From an uncultured Bacilli bacterium (lineage in GTDB: Bacteria; Bacillota_I; Bacilli_A; RFN20; DUOF01): a stretch of 64,000 bases of DNA. Below the pieces are notes generated by a model. That model did no database searches and was not told the origin of the DNA. It was given only the letters and a program-made list of their open reading frames with translations. The number at the start of each line of letters is the position of its first letter. The first letter of the stretch is position 1. Positions 51,046 to 60,631 of the stretch are shown here, piece by piece. Location: assembly GCA_934183255.1 (NCBI GenBank), contig CAKPSD010000001.1, forward strand, positions 517,728 through 581,727, given 5' to 3'. The position numbers were made by a program, and so were the translations under genes.

Positions 51046-52545
51046 CTATTTTAAATATATGCGTGGCAAATCATTTTCTATTAAAACTATTTTATTTTCT
51101 TTATCACAACTTCTAACAAACTCAAATGCTTCCAAAAAATCTTTCTTTATAAACACTTTATTTTCATCAAATTTACCACTAATTAGTCCCTCTTTAATAG
51201 TCATGGCGTTTTGCTCTACTAATACAACTAAATCAACTTTATCACTCATATATTTTCCTAATTCATAATTAATATTTTCACTATTTTTCCCTTGTTCTAT
51301 TATTCCTGGAGTAATAACTATCTTATACCCATCCATCATACTTAAAATATCTATTGCATTTTTAAAACCAGATTCATTAGAATTAAAAGCATCATCAATA
51401 ACTTTAATATTGCCTAGTTTTTTTAACTCTAATCTATGCTCTATTTGTTTTATGTTACTAGTTAATTTATCTATATTTTCTAAACTAATATTAAGCCCCA
51501 CTAAAACACCAATTGCACCTAGTACATTTGACACATTATGTTTACCTAATAGTTTTATTCTTACATGCTTTATAAATTTATTATAAACATACAAATCAAA
51601 CTCAGATCCTTCTTTATTAAAAGAAATATTTTTACAAGTTATATCTTCATTATCTTTAATTCCATATGTTATAACATTGCATTTAAATTCTTTAATTGAT
51701 GCTTTTAGATATTTATTATCTCCATTAATAACTAATGCTTCATTTTCTTTTAATATCTTCCCAAGTTTTATCTTTTCTTTTCTTATATTTTCTATATTTT
51801 TAAATGACAATAAATGTTGAGGTCCTACTTCTGTTATAAGAGAAATATTAGGTTTAACTACGTTTAATAACTTATCCATACCTCCTACCTTATCAACCCC
51901 ATATTCACAAATAAAATAATCATCTAAAGAATTACAATTTTCTCTAATACTTTTTATAATACCTACTTTTGTATTATATGATTTAGGAGTCTTACTAACA
52001 TTTACTATTTCACTTAACATATCATATAAAATGTTTTTACAACTGGTCTTTCCATAACTTCCCGTTATACCTATAACATCTATATCTTTTATCATTTTTT
52101 GTGCATCTTTTTTATAATTAAATAAAATTATTTTTTCTATTAAAGAAGATATATAATGAACTATTAATATATAAAAAATAATAAAACTATTAACTATTAG
52201 TAATAAGTTAATTTTACTTACTTTAAATAAAACTAAAAGATATGTAATAGTAAAATAAACTATGATAAATCGTTTTACTCTACTAGTGAATTTTATTTTG
52301 CTACTACTAATAAAACTTATATTAGTAATTATTAAAGAAGTAATTAAAGACACATATTTATATTTAGTAAAAATTCCCATTAAAAAGATTAAAAATAATA
52401 AACATGTAACTATTATCTTTTTCTTTTTTTCATATAGCATATATTTTTGAACTTCATAATGATTACATTGCATTATATAATATTCATTTAAAATAATAGG
52501 AAGAAATATAAAAGGGAAAATGATACTTATTATTATATTGATCAC
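51046..52545 (-). CDS. murF: MurF-like Mur ligase with N-terminal 5-TM membrane domain
   Basis: GITGSYGKTS P-loop and the MurF-type C-terminal motif VIDDAFNSNESGF. The first ~150 aa form five hydrophobic helices. GTG start with AGGAGG 7 nt upstream, embedded in the stop region of the preceding gene. Confidence 0.7.
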   Translation of the reverse strand: MINIIISIIFPFIFLPIILNEYYIMQCNHYEVQKYMLYEKKKKIIVTCLLFLIFLMGIFTKYKYVSLITSLIITNISFISSSKIKFTSRVKRFIIVYFTITYLLVLFKVSKINLLLIVNSFIIFYILIVHYISSLIEKIILFNYKKDAQKMIKDIDVIGITGSYGKTSCKNILYDMLSEIVNVSKTPKSYNTKVGIIKSIRENCNSLDDYFICEYGVDKVGGMDKLLNVVKPNISLITEVGPQHLLSFKNIENIRKEKIKLGKILKENEALVINGDNKYLKASIKEFKCNVITYGIKDNEDITCKNISFNKEGSEFDLYVYNKFIKHVRIKLLGKHNVSNVLGAIGVLVGLNISLENIDKLTSNIKQIEHRLELKKLGNIKVIDDAFNSNESGFKNAIDILSMMDGYKIVITPGIIEQGKNSENINYELGKYMSDKVDLVVLVEQNAMTIKEGLISGKFDENKVFIKKDFLEAFEFVRSCDKENKIVLIENDLPRIYLK

Positions 52546-52546
52546 T

Positions 52547-53251
52547 TTATTTCCTCCTTAAATGCTTTTGAATTACAAGCCTAGTAAACTCTATATTTTT
52601 TATATATGCAAAATGATCTCCATTCATTATATATAATTCACTATTTTTTAATTTTTTATTTAACTCACAAGCCTTTTTTAAAGGAACTTTTTCATCATCT
52701 TTTCCCCATATTAATATTACTGGTATTTCAATATTTCTTACTAATTTATCATAATGAGTATTAACTACATTTACAAAAAATGATTTCATTTTTTTAGGAC
52801 AATTTTTATAATCTTCACTTCCCTCATTACCTTTTATTTTTAAATGTTTTTTTAATTTATATTTAATAATTTTATAATAATAATTTAAATGTCTTTTAGG
52901 TTTTAAAATAGGACTAGCAATAACAAATAATTTATCTATATCTTTATATTTTAAATAGTATTCAACTGCTACTTTTCCTCCAAAAGAATGTCCTACTATA
53001 TACTTAGGTAACAAATTATTATCCTCTAAAAATTTCCTTATGTATTCAGTATATTCTTCAATATTTTTAACATTATTAAAATCAGATTTTCCAAACCCAG
53101 GTAAATCTATAAGAACACATTTATATTTGTTTTTTAAAGTTTCTATTAAAGGAATCATACTTTCTTTACTTTGTCCCCATCCATGTAAAAAAAGAATAAT
53201 ATCTCCTTTACCCTCTACTACACATGATATATTATTAGGCATTATACCCAC
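52547..53251 (-). CDS. alpha/beta hydrolase
   Basis: HGWGQS and GHSFGG motifs. Confidence 0.6.
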   Translation of the reverse strand: MGIMPNNISCVVEGKGDIILFLHGWGQSKESMIPLIETLKNKYKCVLIDLPGFGKSDFNNVKNIEEYTEYIRKFLEDNNLLPKYIVGHSFGGKVAVEYYLKYKDIDKLFVIASPILKPKRHLNYYYKIIKYKLKKHLKIKGNEGSEDYKNCPKKMKSFFVNVVNTHYDKLVRNIEIPVILIWGKDDEKVPLKKACELNKKLKNSELYIMNGDHFAYIKNIEFTRLVIQKHLRRK

Positions 53252-53288
53252 CTCAATATTAAGGTATGTATAATATTAATTTTTGACA

Positions 53289-53314
53289 TAAAAAAAGGTG
53301 AAATTAATCACCTA
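53289..53314 (-). terminator. rho-independent terminator
   Basis: AGGTGA-AATTAA-TCACCT with an A7 run on the plus strand, which is a U-tract on the minus strand. Confidence 0.45.
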
Positions 53315-54199
53315 TCTACGCATATTAGGAAAGCTTTTTTCATATAAAGATATATACTTAGGAGCACCATCTCTTACCGCTTCATCAATATAGCTTTTAA
53401 GATTATTATTTCTTGCTTTTACAAAATAATCATAAGAATCATTTATATTATAATAATCTGAATATCTAGTATTTTTAATTCTTTCATCGCCACACATAAT
53501 TCCCATAAAATAACAAGCTCTTGGATCTGATTTGTCTGAATTAAATGCTCTTATAGTATTCTCACAAAAGCTTTCTATATTAAATAAAGATGCTACTTTT
53601 GTACTTTGATATAAATAATATTTAGCATAAATAACATATGCTGCTACTTTGGCACTTCTTTCTTTTTTCGTTATTAATAATTTTGCCCATGCCATTGCTG
53701 CTTCTTTATTAGCATCTGTTGAATCATATACATAAGCACCTTGACTACCTAATCTTATACAGTTTAATCCATATTCTGTCATCGCAGGAACATTGCCATT
53801 AAGTGCTGCATCATACATATACTTTCTATAAATATGTCCTATTTTTTCATAAGCAGTTGCATTAGGTTTTGTTTTTTTGTAATTTGCAATTTCTGCATTA
53901 GATGATTCAATCACTTTAATAAATTCTTCTGGATCTACTTTACGTAAAGTTTCTCCTAAATAGAATTCTGCTCTTCCTTTAGTTGCTTTATCACATTTTG
54001 CATTTTTATAAACTTTGTAAAGATGATTATATGCTTGCTCATATTTGCCATTTTCACAAGCAATAACACCACAATTTACTTCTTCATCTAAACTTTGAGG
54101 ATCTAAAATTTCTGTCAAGTTTTGTATTTTGTTTTCTTCTAGCATAAAGTAGCACCCTTCTTTCAATACAATTTTATAATACGAAAAGAAATATTTCAA
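53312..54199 (-). CDS. hypothetical protein with Sel1/TPR-like repeats
   Basis: Ala/Tyr-rich repeat pattern (…AAMAWAKLL…). The true start is probably the internal Met (MLEENK). Confidence 0.3.
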   Translation of the reverse strand: MKYFFSYYKIVLKEGCYFMLEENKIQNLTEILDPQSLDEEVNCGVIACENGKYEQAYNHLYKVYKNAKCDKATKGRAEFYLGETLRKVDPEEFIKVIESSNAEIANYKKTKPNATAYEKIGHIYRKYMYDAALNGNVPAMTEYGLNCIRLGSQGAYVYDSTDANKEAAMAWAKLLITKKERSAKVAAYVIYAKYYLYQSTKVASLFNIESFCENTIRAFNSDKSDPRACYFMGIMCGDERIKNTRYSDYYNINDSYDYFVKARNNNLKSYIDEAVRDGAPKYISLYEKSFPNMRR

Positions 54200-54310
54200 C
54201 TAATATTTAAGTGGGTACCATTATTTTTTGACTTTTTTCTACAAATTTTCTTTAATTTATTTTATAATATGAATATATAACCAATTAATTAGATAGAAAG
54301 AAGAGATTAT

Positions 54311-54757
54311 ATGACACAGTTATTAGAAATCATGCCTTGGATATGGGGAACAATTGTATTAATTACACTTATTATAGAATTGTTTTCTACAGATATAGAC
54401 GCTATATGGTTTTCAATAGGTGCAGCATTATCTCTATTCTTATCAGTATTTAAACTTAATATAATTTTGCAATTATCTACATTTATAATTTTTACATCTT
54501 GTTTACTATTTACAGTTGGAAAATTAGTAAAAAGAATGCTTGCAAAAAAAGATATAAAAAATACAATAGATTCATTAGTTGGAAAAGAAGTATTTGTTAT
54601 TGAAAACGCTGATGAATTTAATAAAGGCAGTGGGGTAATAAATGATACTGTATGGACTCTTACTTGTGAAGCAAATAATTATGTAGAAAAAGGTCAACAT
54701 GCAATAATATCAGGAATTAAAGGTAACAAATTAGTTGTAACTAATAAAAATGAGTAA
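54311..54757 (+). CDS. NfeD-like membrane protein (short form)
   Basis: Two N-terminal TM helices and a C-terminal OB-like beta domain. No SPFH partner nearby. Confidence 0.5.
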   Translation: MTQLLEIMPWIWGTIVLITLIIELFSTDIDAIWFSIGAALSLFLSVFKLNIILQLSTFIIFTSCLLFTVGKLVKRMLAKKDIKNTIDSLVGKEVFVIENADEFNKGSGVINDTVWTLTCEANNYVEKGQHAIISGIKGNKLVVTNKNE

Positions 54758-54760
54758 ATT

Positions 54761-54788
54761 AAAAGCAATCATTGATTGCTTTTTTTAT
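54761..54788 (+). terminator. rho-independent terminator
   Basis: AAGCAAT-CATTG-ATTGCTT followed by TTTTTTT. Confidence 0.6.
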
Positions 54789-54793
54789 TATAA

Positions 54794-54867
54794 TGGTGCT
54801 GCTTGTAAGAATCGAACTTACGCTTAAGCCTTACCATGGCTTCGGTCTACCATTAACCTAAAGTAGC
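54794..54867 (-). tRNA. tRNA-Thr (anticodon GGT)
   Basis: Manual fold: anticodon stem AAGCC/GGCTT with loop ATGGTAA. T-arm GTAAG-TTCGATT-CTTAC. One A-C mismatch in the acceptor stem. Confidence 0.7.
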
Positions 54868-54900
54868 ATACCATTATTGTAAATAAGTATTTGAATTAAT

Positions 54901-55497
54901 TCAATTATTTTCTATATGAAAAGCTATATAATTTAAAATTTCTAATTCATTATAATAATTACTAACATCTTCCTTAACAAAATAATTATTAATATGATTT
55001 TTTACCTTTTCTAATTGTTCTTCACTTAGTGTTAGTTTTCCATATTGCTTATTAGGCATTCTTCCTATTCTTCTTTTACTAACAGACCTTATGGCATCTA
55101 GTTTTAAATAAGATCTAGTTAATCCATCATCATTTAATTCATTTATAATTCCTAAATCAAGACATAACATTGAATTATAAGAATTTCTACTAGTAAGAGG
55201 AATAACTACTACATTTCCTAAATCCACTGCCCAAACCACTGCATAATGACCTTTAGTAAACACATCACTAAGTTCATTTCCTACATTGACACCAAACTCT
55301 ACCCATACAATATCTCCTCTTTTTATATCATCTGGTTGAGCCCCATAACTTACTTTAAGTACACTTTGCCTAAAATATAATGTTTTCTTTTCTAACCATA
55401 ACAAATATTGAAGCACTAAATCTGGATCTAGATTAATTAAATTTTTTTTAATGTTTTTAAAAATTTTTTCCTCTACTAATTTATAGCTATTGTGCAT
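54901..55497 (-). CDS. PemK/MazF-fold protein with ~58-aa N-terminal extension
   Basis: RGDIVWVEFGVNVGNELSDV…HYAVVWAVDLGNVVVIPLTS parallels MazF/EndoA RGDVYFADL…GSEQ…RPVLVIQND…PT. 198 aa. Confidence 0.45.
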   Translation of the reverse strand: MHNSYKLVEEKIFKNIKKNLINLDPDLVLQYLLWLEKKTLYFRQSVLKVSYGAQPDDIKRGDIVWVEFGVNVGNELSDVFTKGHYAVVWAVDLGNVVVIPLTSRNSYNSMLCLDLGIINELNDDGLTRSYLKLDAIRSVSKRRIGRMPNKQYGKLTLSEEQLEKVKNHINNYFVKEDVSNYYNELEILNYIAFHIENN

Positions 55498-55531
55498 AAA
55501 AACACCTCTATAAATAATATGAAAAAAGAGG

Positions 55532-56833
55532 TTATAACTTAACCCCTTTTAAATCATAATTTTTAGCATCAGTAATTTTTACATCTACTAAAGTTCCTAT
55601 ACTTATATTATCATCACTAGTAAAGTAAACATATCCATCTACATTGTCAGGCGCACTCATATAACTTCTTCCTCTATATTCTTTAGTAATTGGATTATAA
55701 ATTTCAGTTCTGACTTTATATGTATTACCTATTTTCTTTTTATTTAATTCTAATGATACTTCTTTTTGAATATCCATAATCTTTTTTAGTCTTTTTTCTT
55801 TTACTTTTTCATCTATTTGACCAGCATAAGAATATGCTCTAGTGTTTTCTTCTTTAGAATAAGTAAATGCTCCCATTCTATCAAATGGATATTCTTTTAT
55901 AAAATCGCATAATTCATTAAATTGTTCTTCACTTTCTCCTGGATATCCAATGATAAATGTTGTTCTAATTATGCTATCAGGTATCATTTTTCTTATTTTA
56001 GTTATTACATCTATTATTTCTTTTTTAGTTCCTCTTCTATTCATATTCTTTAATAATTCATCATTTACATGTTGTAGTGGTATATCAAAATATGGGACTA
56101 TTCTTTTTTCTTTTGCTACTAGATCAATAAGAGAATCTTTTACTTCATCTGGATATAAATAAAGCATTCTAATTTGTTTAGCATCTGTTTTTAAAATATC
56201 CTTTAATAAGTCTTCTATATAATAATTATCATTCTTATCGTATCCATATCCAGTAGTATCTTGAGCAATTAAAATAATTTCTTCTTTTCCTTCACTAACA
56301 GCTTTTTTAACTTCTTCTATAATTGTTTTTCTATCTTTACTAACTAATCCTCCACGTATTAAAGGTATTGCACAAAAGCTGCAATTATTTTTACATCCTT
56401 CTGCTATCTTTATATATGTATAATATTTAGGAGTTAAACTTACCTTTACTGTATCTTCTATTTTCTTGTTTATTTCTTCATTTCCAAGTAAATTAGAAAT
56501 TATTTCATAAGCTTTAGGGTATTCATTTATGCTCATAAAGTAATCTACTTCCGGTATACTATCTTTTAATTCTTTTTTATATCTTTGTGCAAGACATCCA
56601 GCAACTAATATTTTAGCTCCTTTTTTCTTTTTATGTATGCATTCAAAAATAGTATCTAAAGCTTCTTGTTTAGCACTTTCAATAAAACCACATGTGTTTA
56701 TAATAATCAAATCACTATCTTTTATTTGATTTACAAACCTGATATTTTTCTTATCTTTAAATAATCCTAGGATCATTTCTGAATCCACTAAATTTTTACT
56801 GCATCCTAATGATATAATTCCTATATTTTTCAT
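55532..56833 (-). CDS. rimO: ribosomal protein S12 methylthiotransferase RimO (radical SAM, MiaB family)
   Basis: UPF0004 N-domain (IISLGCSKNLVDSE), radical SAM CxxxCxxC (CKNNCSFC) and a C-terminal TRAM domain. 433 aa. Confidence 0.8.
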   Translation of the reverse strand: MKNIGIISLGCSKNLVDSEMILGLFKDKKNIRFVNQIKDSDLIIINTCGFIESAKQEALDTIFECIHKKKKGAKILVAGCLAQRYKKELKDSIPEVDYFMSINEYPKAYEIISNLLGNEEINKKIEDTVKVSLTPKYYTYIKIAEGCKNNCSFCAIPLIRGGLVSKDRKTIIEEVKKAVSEGKEEIILIAQDTTGYGYDKNDNYYIEDLLKDILKTDAKQIRMLYLYPDEVKDSLIDLVAKEKRIVPYFDIPLQHVNDELLKNMNRRGTKKEIIDVITKIRKMIPDSIIRTTFIIGYPGESEEQFNELCDFIKEYPFDRMGAFTYSKEENTRAYSYAGQIDEKVKEKRLKKIMDIQKEVSLELNKKKIGNTYKVRTEIYNPITKEYRGRSYMSAPDNVDGYVYFTSDDNISIGTLVDVKITDAKNYDLKGVKL

Positions 56834-56860
56834 TTATTACTTCTCTTCTTTCTATTAAAT

Positions 56861-57244
56861 TTATTTACTATAATCATCATCTATTTCATCATAGTTTTTA
56901 GCTTTTACATGAACTCTATCTCCATTTTCTAATTGCTTTATAATTTTTTTATCTGTATACGCTATTATTCTTTCATTAATTTTAAATTCTGTTCTACTTT
57001 CATTTTTCTTTTTTCTAGTAAATAATCCTGTTGATTCATTGTTTTTTATTTTTTCTAATGATTTTCCTACATTAATGCCGCAAATAAAAATTACTATATA
57101 TGAAATAAAGGGAAATACAAAATAACTAAAAGCAAAATTATTTACTTCTTTACTTACTAAGTAAACAGCAAATACTATTGCAAAGGAAAATATTATTTTT
57201 AAACTTATATCTAGCATTGCTCCTAATGAACTTCCCTTTTTCAT
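56861..57244 (-). CDS. hypothetical membrane protein
   Basis: Two TM helices. No motif. Confidence 0.35.
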   Translation of the reverse strand: MKKGSSLGAMLDISLKIIFSFAIVFAVYLVSKEVNNFAFSYFVFPFISYIVIFICGINVGKSLEKIKNNESTGLFTRKKKNESRTEFKINERIIAYTDKKIIKQLENGDRVHVKAKNYDEIDDDYSK

Positions 57245-57385
57245 TTAAATCACATCCATGTTTTAATTATACTTTATCTTTTATTTTTAGACAATAAATT
57301 GTTAGCATGCTTATTTATATATTTTATATTTTTTTAATTGCTTTAAATATTAAATAAGTATAAAATTCTAATGGGAGGAATAAAG

Positions 57386-57973
57386 ATGAAAAAATTATTT
57401 AAAAATAAAACCGTTTGCATAGTACTTGGATTTGTCTTCTTATTGGCTGCATTACTATTTGCACCTATTTGGAATTTCTGGGATTCTTGTCCTTGGAAAG
57501 ACTGGGGAACTAAAATTATTAACTTATTAATAGCTGCTGGCATAATTTGCTATCTTTCTATGTTCTTATGGAAAAAGATAAAAGGCAGTGGAAAAAGAGT
57601 TATTAAAGTTCTTACTATTGTTGAATTTGCAATGTTAGCTTTAATTGCACTAGGCTGTATATTAAGTCAGTTCAAAGTATTTAACATTCAAGGAGCTTGT
57701 AAGATATTTGGATTTGCTTTATGGACTAGAGGTGTAGTTGAATTATTTAGAGCATATTACTATAGAGCAGATAGTAAAGAAGTTTATCCAGTTTGGTATT
57801 TAGCTCTATCAATTGTTTTAGTTACATTTGGTACATATTGCTTCGCTAAACCATTTATTCAAGATATTGTTTTATTATGGATATTTGTAGTAGCTCTATT
57901 ATGTTTAAGTATTTTATGTCTTGTTTATGGTTTTAATAAGCCTAGTAAAACTGCTAAAAAATCTTCAAAATAA
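57386..57973 (+). CDS. hypothetical polytopic membrane protein
   Basis: ATG at 57386 sits 8 nt after GGGAGG. About 5 TM helices. Confidence 0.4.
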   Translation: MKKLFKNKTVCIVLGFVFLLAALLFAPIWNFWDSCPWKDWGTKIINLLIAAGIICYLSMFLWKKIKGSGKRVIKVLTIVEFAMLALIALGCILSQFKVFNIQGACKIFGFALWTRGVVELFRAYYYRADSKEVYPVWYLALSIVLVTFGTYCFAKPFIQDIVLLWIFVVALLCLSILCLVYGFNKPSKTAKKSSK

Positions 57974-57981
57974 TTAAAGGA

Positions 57982-58008
57982 AAGTTCACTTCAAAGTGAA
58001 CTTTTTTA
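57982..58008. terminator. bidirectional rho-independent terminator
   Basis: AAGTTCACT-TCAA-AGTGAACTT followed by TTTTTT. Confidence 0.7.
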
Positions 58009-58806
58009 TTATATTAAATTTATACTTTTTAAAGCATAGTAAATTCCATCATTATCGTTATTATTTGTGTGATTTACTATTCTTTTTTTTAATTTTTTAG
58101 GCGCATTATCCATTAAAAAGCCTTTACCAACTGTCTCTAACATTTCTAAATCGTTATAGTTATCTCCAAAAGCTATAGAGTTATTTAAAGGGATATTTAA
58201 ATAAGAGCATAAGAACTTTATTGCATTAGCCTTATTTATTCCTTTTTGCATAATTTCAATTAAACAATCGGATGATTTTGCAATGGCATAGTCCTTAAAT
58301 TTTTCTTTTAATAATTTTTCTATTTTAATTGTTTCACTAGGATTGCAAATGCATAGTACTTTATTAACTTCATTTTTAGTAACACTATTAACGTTTCCAT
58401 TAATTGCTTGAGCCTCTACTATATTCTCTTCATTTATTATTCTATGATCATTTTTATCTTTTACTATCCATTCATCAAAAGAATATAGACACCATGATAA
58501 ATCTAATTTATTTTCTTCTATAAAATTTATAATATTTGTTGTTTCTTTTTTAGAGAATCCCTTATGATAAAGAACATTCTTTTTATCATCTAGTATTAAT
58601 CCACCACTATAAGAAACTATATAGCAATTAAAATTATATTTATTTAATATAGGATAAATGCCCGATGGACTTCTAGCGGAAACTATAACAAACGGATAAT
58701 TTTTTTCATATATTATATTTTTAATAGCTTCTTCTGTAAGTTTAGTTATTTTATGATTACAATTCAATAAAGTTCCATCTACATCACTAAATATAATTTT
58801 TCTCAT
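58009..58806 (-). CDS. Cof-type HAD-IIB hydrolase
   Basis: IIFSDVDGTLL and GDNYNDLEML motifs. Confidence 0.8.
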   Translation of the reverse strand: MRKIIFSDVDGTLLNCNHKITKLTEEAIKNIIYEKNYPFVIVSARSPSGIYPILNKYNFNCYIVSYSGGLILDDKKNVLYHKGFSKKETTNIINFIEENKLDLSWCLYSFDEWIVKDKNDHRIINEENIVEAQAINGNVNSVTKNEVNKVLCICNPSETIKIEKLLKEKFKDYAIAKSSDCLIEIMQKGINKANAIKFLCSYLNIPLNNSIAFGDNYNDLEMLETVGKGFLMDNAPKKLKKRIVNHTNNNDNDGIYYALKSINLI

Positions 58807-58876
58807 GAATGTGTCTCTCCTTAGTTATACATATAGTATATCAAAGATTTCATTTGTTATATATTTTTGTAATAAA

Positions 58877-58900
58877 AAAACCTAGTCACCTAGGTTTAAA
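58877..58900 (-). terminator. terminator of the nine-tRNA operon
   Basis: AAACCTAGG-TGAC-TAGGTTT hairpin with a T-run on the minus strand. Confidence 0.5.
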
Positions 58901-58908
58901 ACTCAAGA

Positions 58909-58984
<76 letters not shown>

Positions 58985-58987
58985 AAA

Positions 58988-59064
58988 TGGCGGTCCTGAC
59001 GGGGATCGAACCCGCGATCTTCTCCGTGACAGGGAGACATGTTAAACCACTACACCACAGAACC
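58988..59064 (-). tRNA. tRNA-Asp (GTC)
   Basis: Anticodon stem TCTCC/GGAGA with loop CTGTCAC. Discriminator G. Confidence 0.85.
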
Positions 59065-59141
<77 letters not shown>

Positions 59142-59161
59142 ATATATAAATGTAAACAAGC

Positions 59162-59252
59162 TGGCGGAGAAACAGGGATTCGAACCCTGGCGGGCCTCTC
59201 AGCCCCTACCGGTTTTCAAGACCGGACCCTTCAACCACTTGGGTATTTCTCC
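59162..59252 (-). tRNA. tRNA-Ser (TGA)
   Basis: Long variable arm. Anticodon stem CCGGT/ACCGG with loop CTTGAAA. Confidence 0.85.
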
Positions 59253-59267
59253 ATATTAATTTTTAAG

Positions 59268-59344
59268 TGGTGGACCCTGTAGGACTCGAACCTACGACCA
59301 ACCGGTTATGAGCCGGTAGCTCTAACCAACTGAGCTAAGGGTCC
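59268..59344 (-). tRNA. tRNA-Ile2 (CAT, lysidine type) or tRNA-Met
   Basis: GGACCCTTAGCTCAGTTGGTTAGAGC… with loop CTCATAA. Resembles Bacillus tRNA-Ile(LAU). Confidence 0.7.
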
Positions 59345-59351
59345 GATACAA

Positions 59352-59428
59352 TGGTAGCGGAAATAGGACTTGAACCTACGACCTGTCGGGTATGAACCGA
59401 ATGCTCTAGCCAACTGAGCTATTCCGCC
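59352..59428 (-). tRNA. elongator tRNA-Met (CAT)
   Basis: The …CGGTTCATACCCG… anticodon arm is typical of Firmicute elongator Met. Confidence 0.75.
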
Positions 59429-59439
59429 ATAAAATAAAA

Positions 59440-59515
59440 TGGTGGAGCCAAGGGGGATCGAACCCCTGACCCCCTGCGTGCAAGGCAGGTGCTCTCCCAG
59501 CTGAGCTATGACCCC
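59440..59515 (-). tRNA. tRNA-Ala (TGC)
   Basis: G3-U70 identity pair. Anticodon loop CTTGCAC. Confidence 0.85.
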
Positions 59516-59522
59516 ACTAACA

Positions 59523-59599
59523 TGGTCGGAATGACAGGATTTGAACCTGCAACCCTCTGGTCCCAAACCAGATGCACTACCAAGTTGTGCTACATTCCG
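59523..59599 (-). tRNA. tRNA-Pro (TGG)
   Basis: Anticodon stem TCTGG/CCAGA with loop TTTGGGA. Confidence 0.85.
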
Positions 59600-59677
59600 A
59601 TTACAAATGCTTAAATATAATAACAAAACACAACTAATATTTCAATACTTTTTTAAATTTTTTTAAAGTTATTGAAA

Positions 59678-59752
59678 TGGAGGTTCCTGTCGGACTCGAA
59701 CCGGCGATCATTGAGTTGCAGTCAATTGCCTTACCAACTTGGCTAAGGAACC
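59678..59752 (-). tRNA. tRNA-Cys (GCA)
   Basis: Anticodon stem ATTGA/TCAAT with loop CTGCAAC. Discriminator U73. Confidence 0.8.
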
Positions 59753-59763
59753 AGTGCTTTTTT

Positions 59764-59792
59764 ATTATAACATTGATTTTAGGAGTTAGCAA
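59764..59792 (-). promoter_or_regulatory. near-consensus sigma-A promoter of the nine-tRNA operon (TTGCTA-17-TATAAT)
   Basis: Read on the minus strand: TTGCTA, exactly 17 nt, then TATAAT, about 12 nt upstream of tRNA-Cys. Overlaps the 3' end of the LCP gene. Confidence 0.55.
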
Positions 59793-59794
59793 CA

Positions 59795-60631
59795 TTAGAT
59801 ATAATATTTTTTTATCTTTTCTAAATAGTTCAAATCTAATTTATAATAATAGTATTTATTAATATAATCTTCTCCCTTTAAAGTATATTCATATAAATTT
59901 ATTTGTTTCACATTTATTATTTTTTTTATATTAAAATCCGTTAATTTTAGATCTGTTTGAACATTTTCTTTAGCGTAATTGTAAAATTTTATTTTATCTA
60001 TTACTCCTAAGCTCAGATACTTATTGATTAATATTTTTAAAACTTGCCTTTGATTCTTTACACGATCAAAATCGCCATTAGGCAATGATTTTCTATTTCT
60101 CATGTATGCAAGAGCCTGCCTACCATCTATCAATATTTTTTTACCTTTTTCAAAGCAATACTTGTTTGTATATTTTTCATCTGATTGGCAAAAAGTATAA
60201 TTAGGAGTTAGCTCTATTAATCCAAAATAATCTATCAACTTAACAACATCATTAAAGCTTAGCATTACATTATTAGGTTTGCTTATTCCAAATAAATTTG
60301 ATACTGTATCATTCAAACACTTTTCTTTTCCATATGCATAAGCATGATTAATCTTATCATATCTATTGTTTTTACAACTTATCTTTACATAACTATCTCT
60401 AGGAATAGAAGTTGCTGTTATTTCACTATTATTAAAATTATAGTTAACAAGAATGATTGAATCGCTTCTTTCTACTTCATCTATATTTTCTCTTCCGTCT
60501 ACCCCATAAATAAGAATATTAAGTTTTTCATTATTGAAAGCTTTAACAAATACTGTTCCCATTACAAAAGTAATGGTTAATATAATGGATGCTATTATAA
60601 ATAGTTTTTTCATTTTTCTTAATCTCCTCAT
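59795..60631 (-). CDS. LytR-CpsA-Psr (LCP) family protein
   Basis: N-terminal TM anchor followed by NILIYGVDGRE…RSDSIILV, which is the LCP signature. Confidence 0.6.
   Translation of the reverse strand: MRRLRKMKKLFIIASIILTITFVMGTVFVKAFNNEKLNILIYGVDGRENIDEVERSDSIILVNYNFNNSEITATSIPRDSYVKISCKNNRYDKINHAYAYGKEKCLNDTVSNLFGISKPNNVMLSFNDVVKLIDYFGLIELTPNYTFCQSDEKYTNKYCFEKGKKILIDGRQALAYMRNRKSLPNGDFDRVKNQRQVLKILINKYLSLGVIDKIKFYNYAKENVQTDLKLTDFNIKKIINVKQINLYEYTLKGEDYINKYYYYKLDLNYLEKIKKYYI

Noticed and set aside
59306-59626. 106-aa minus-strand ORF across tRNA-Ile2, Met, Ala and Pro
   Set aside because: It overlaps four tRNA genes, so it is an ORF-finder artefact.
59677-59862. 61-aa ORF overlapping tRNA-Cys and its promoter
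   Set aside because: It overlaps a tRNA gene and has no RBS, so it is an artefact.
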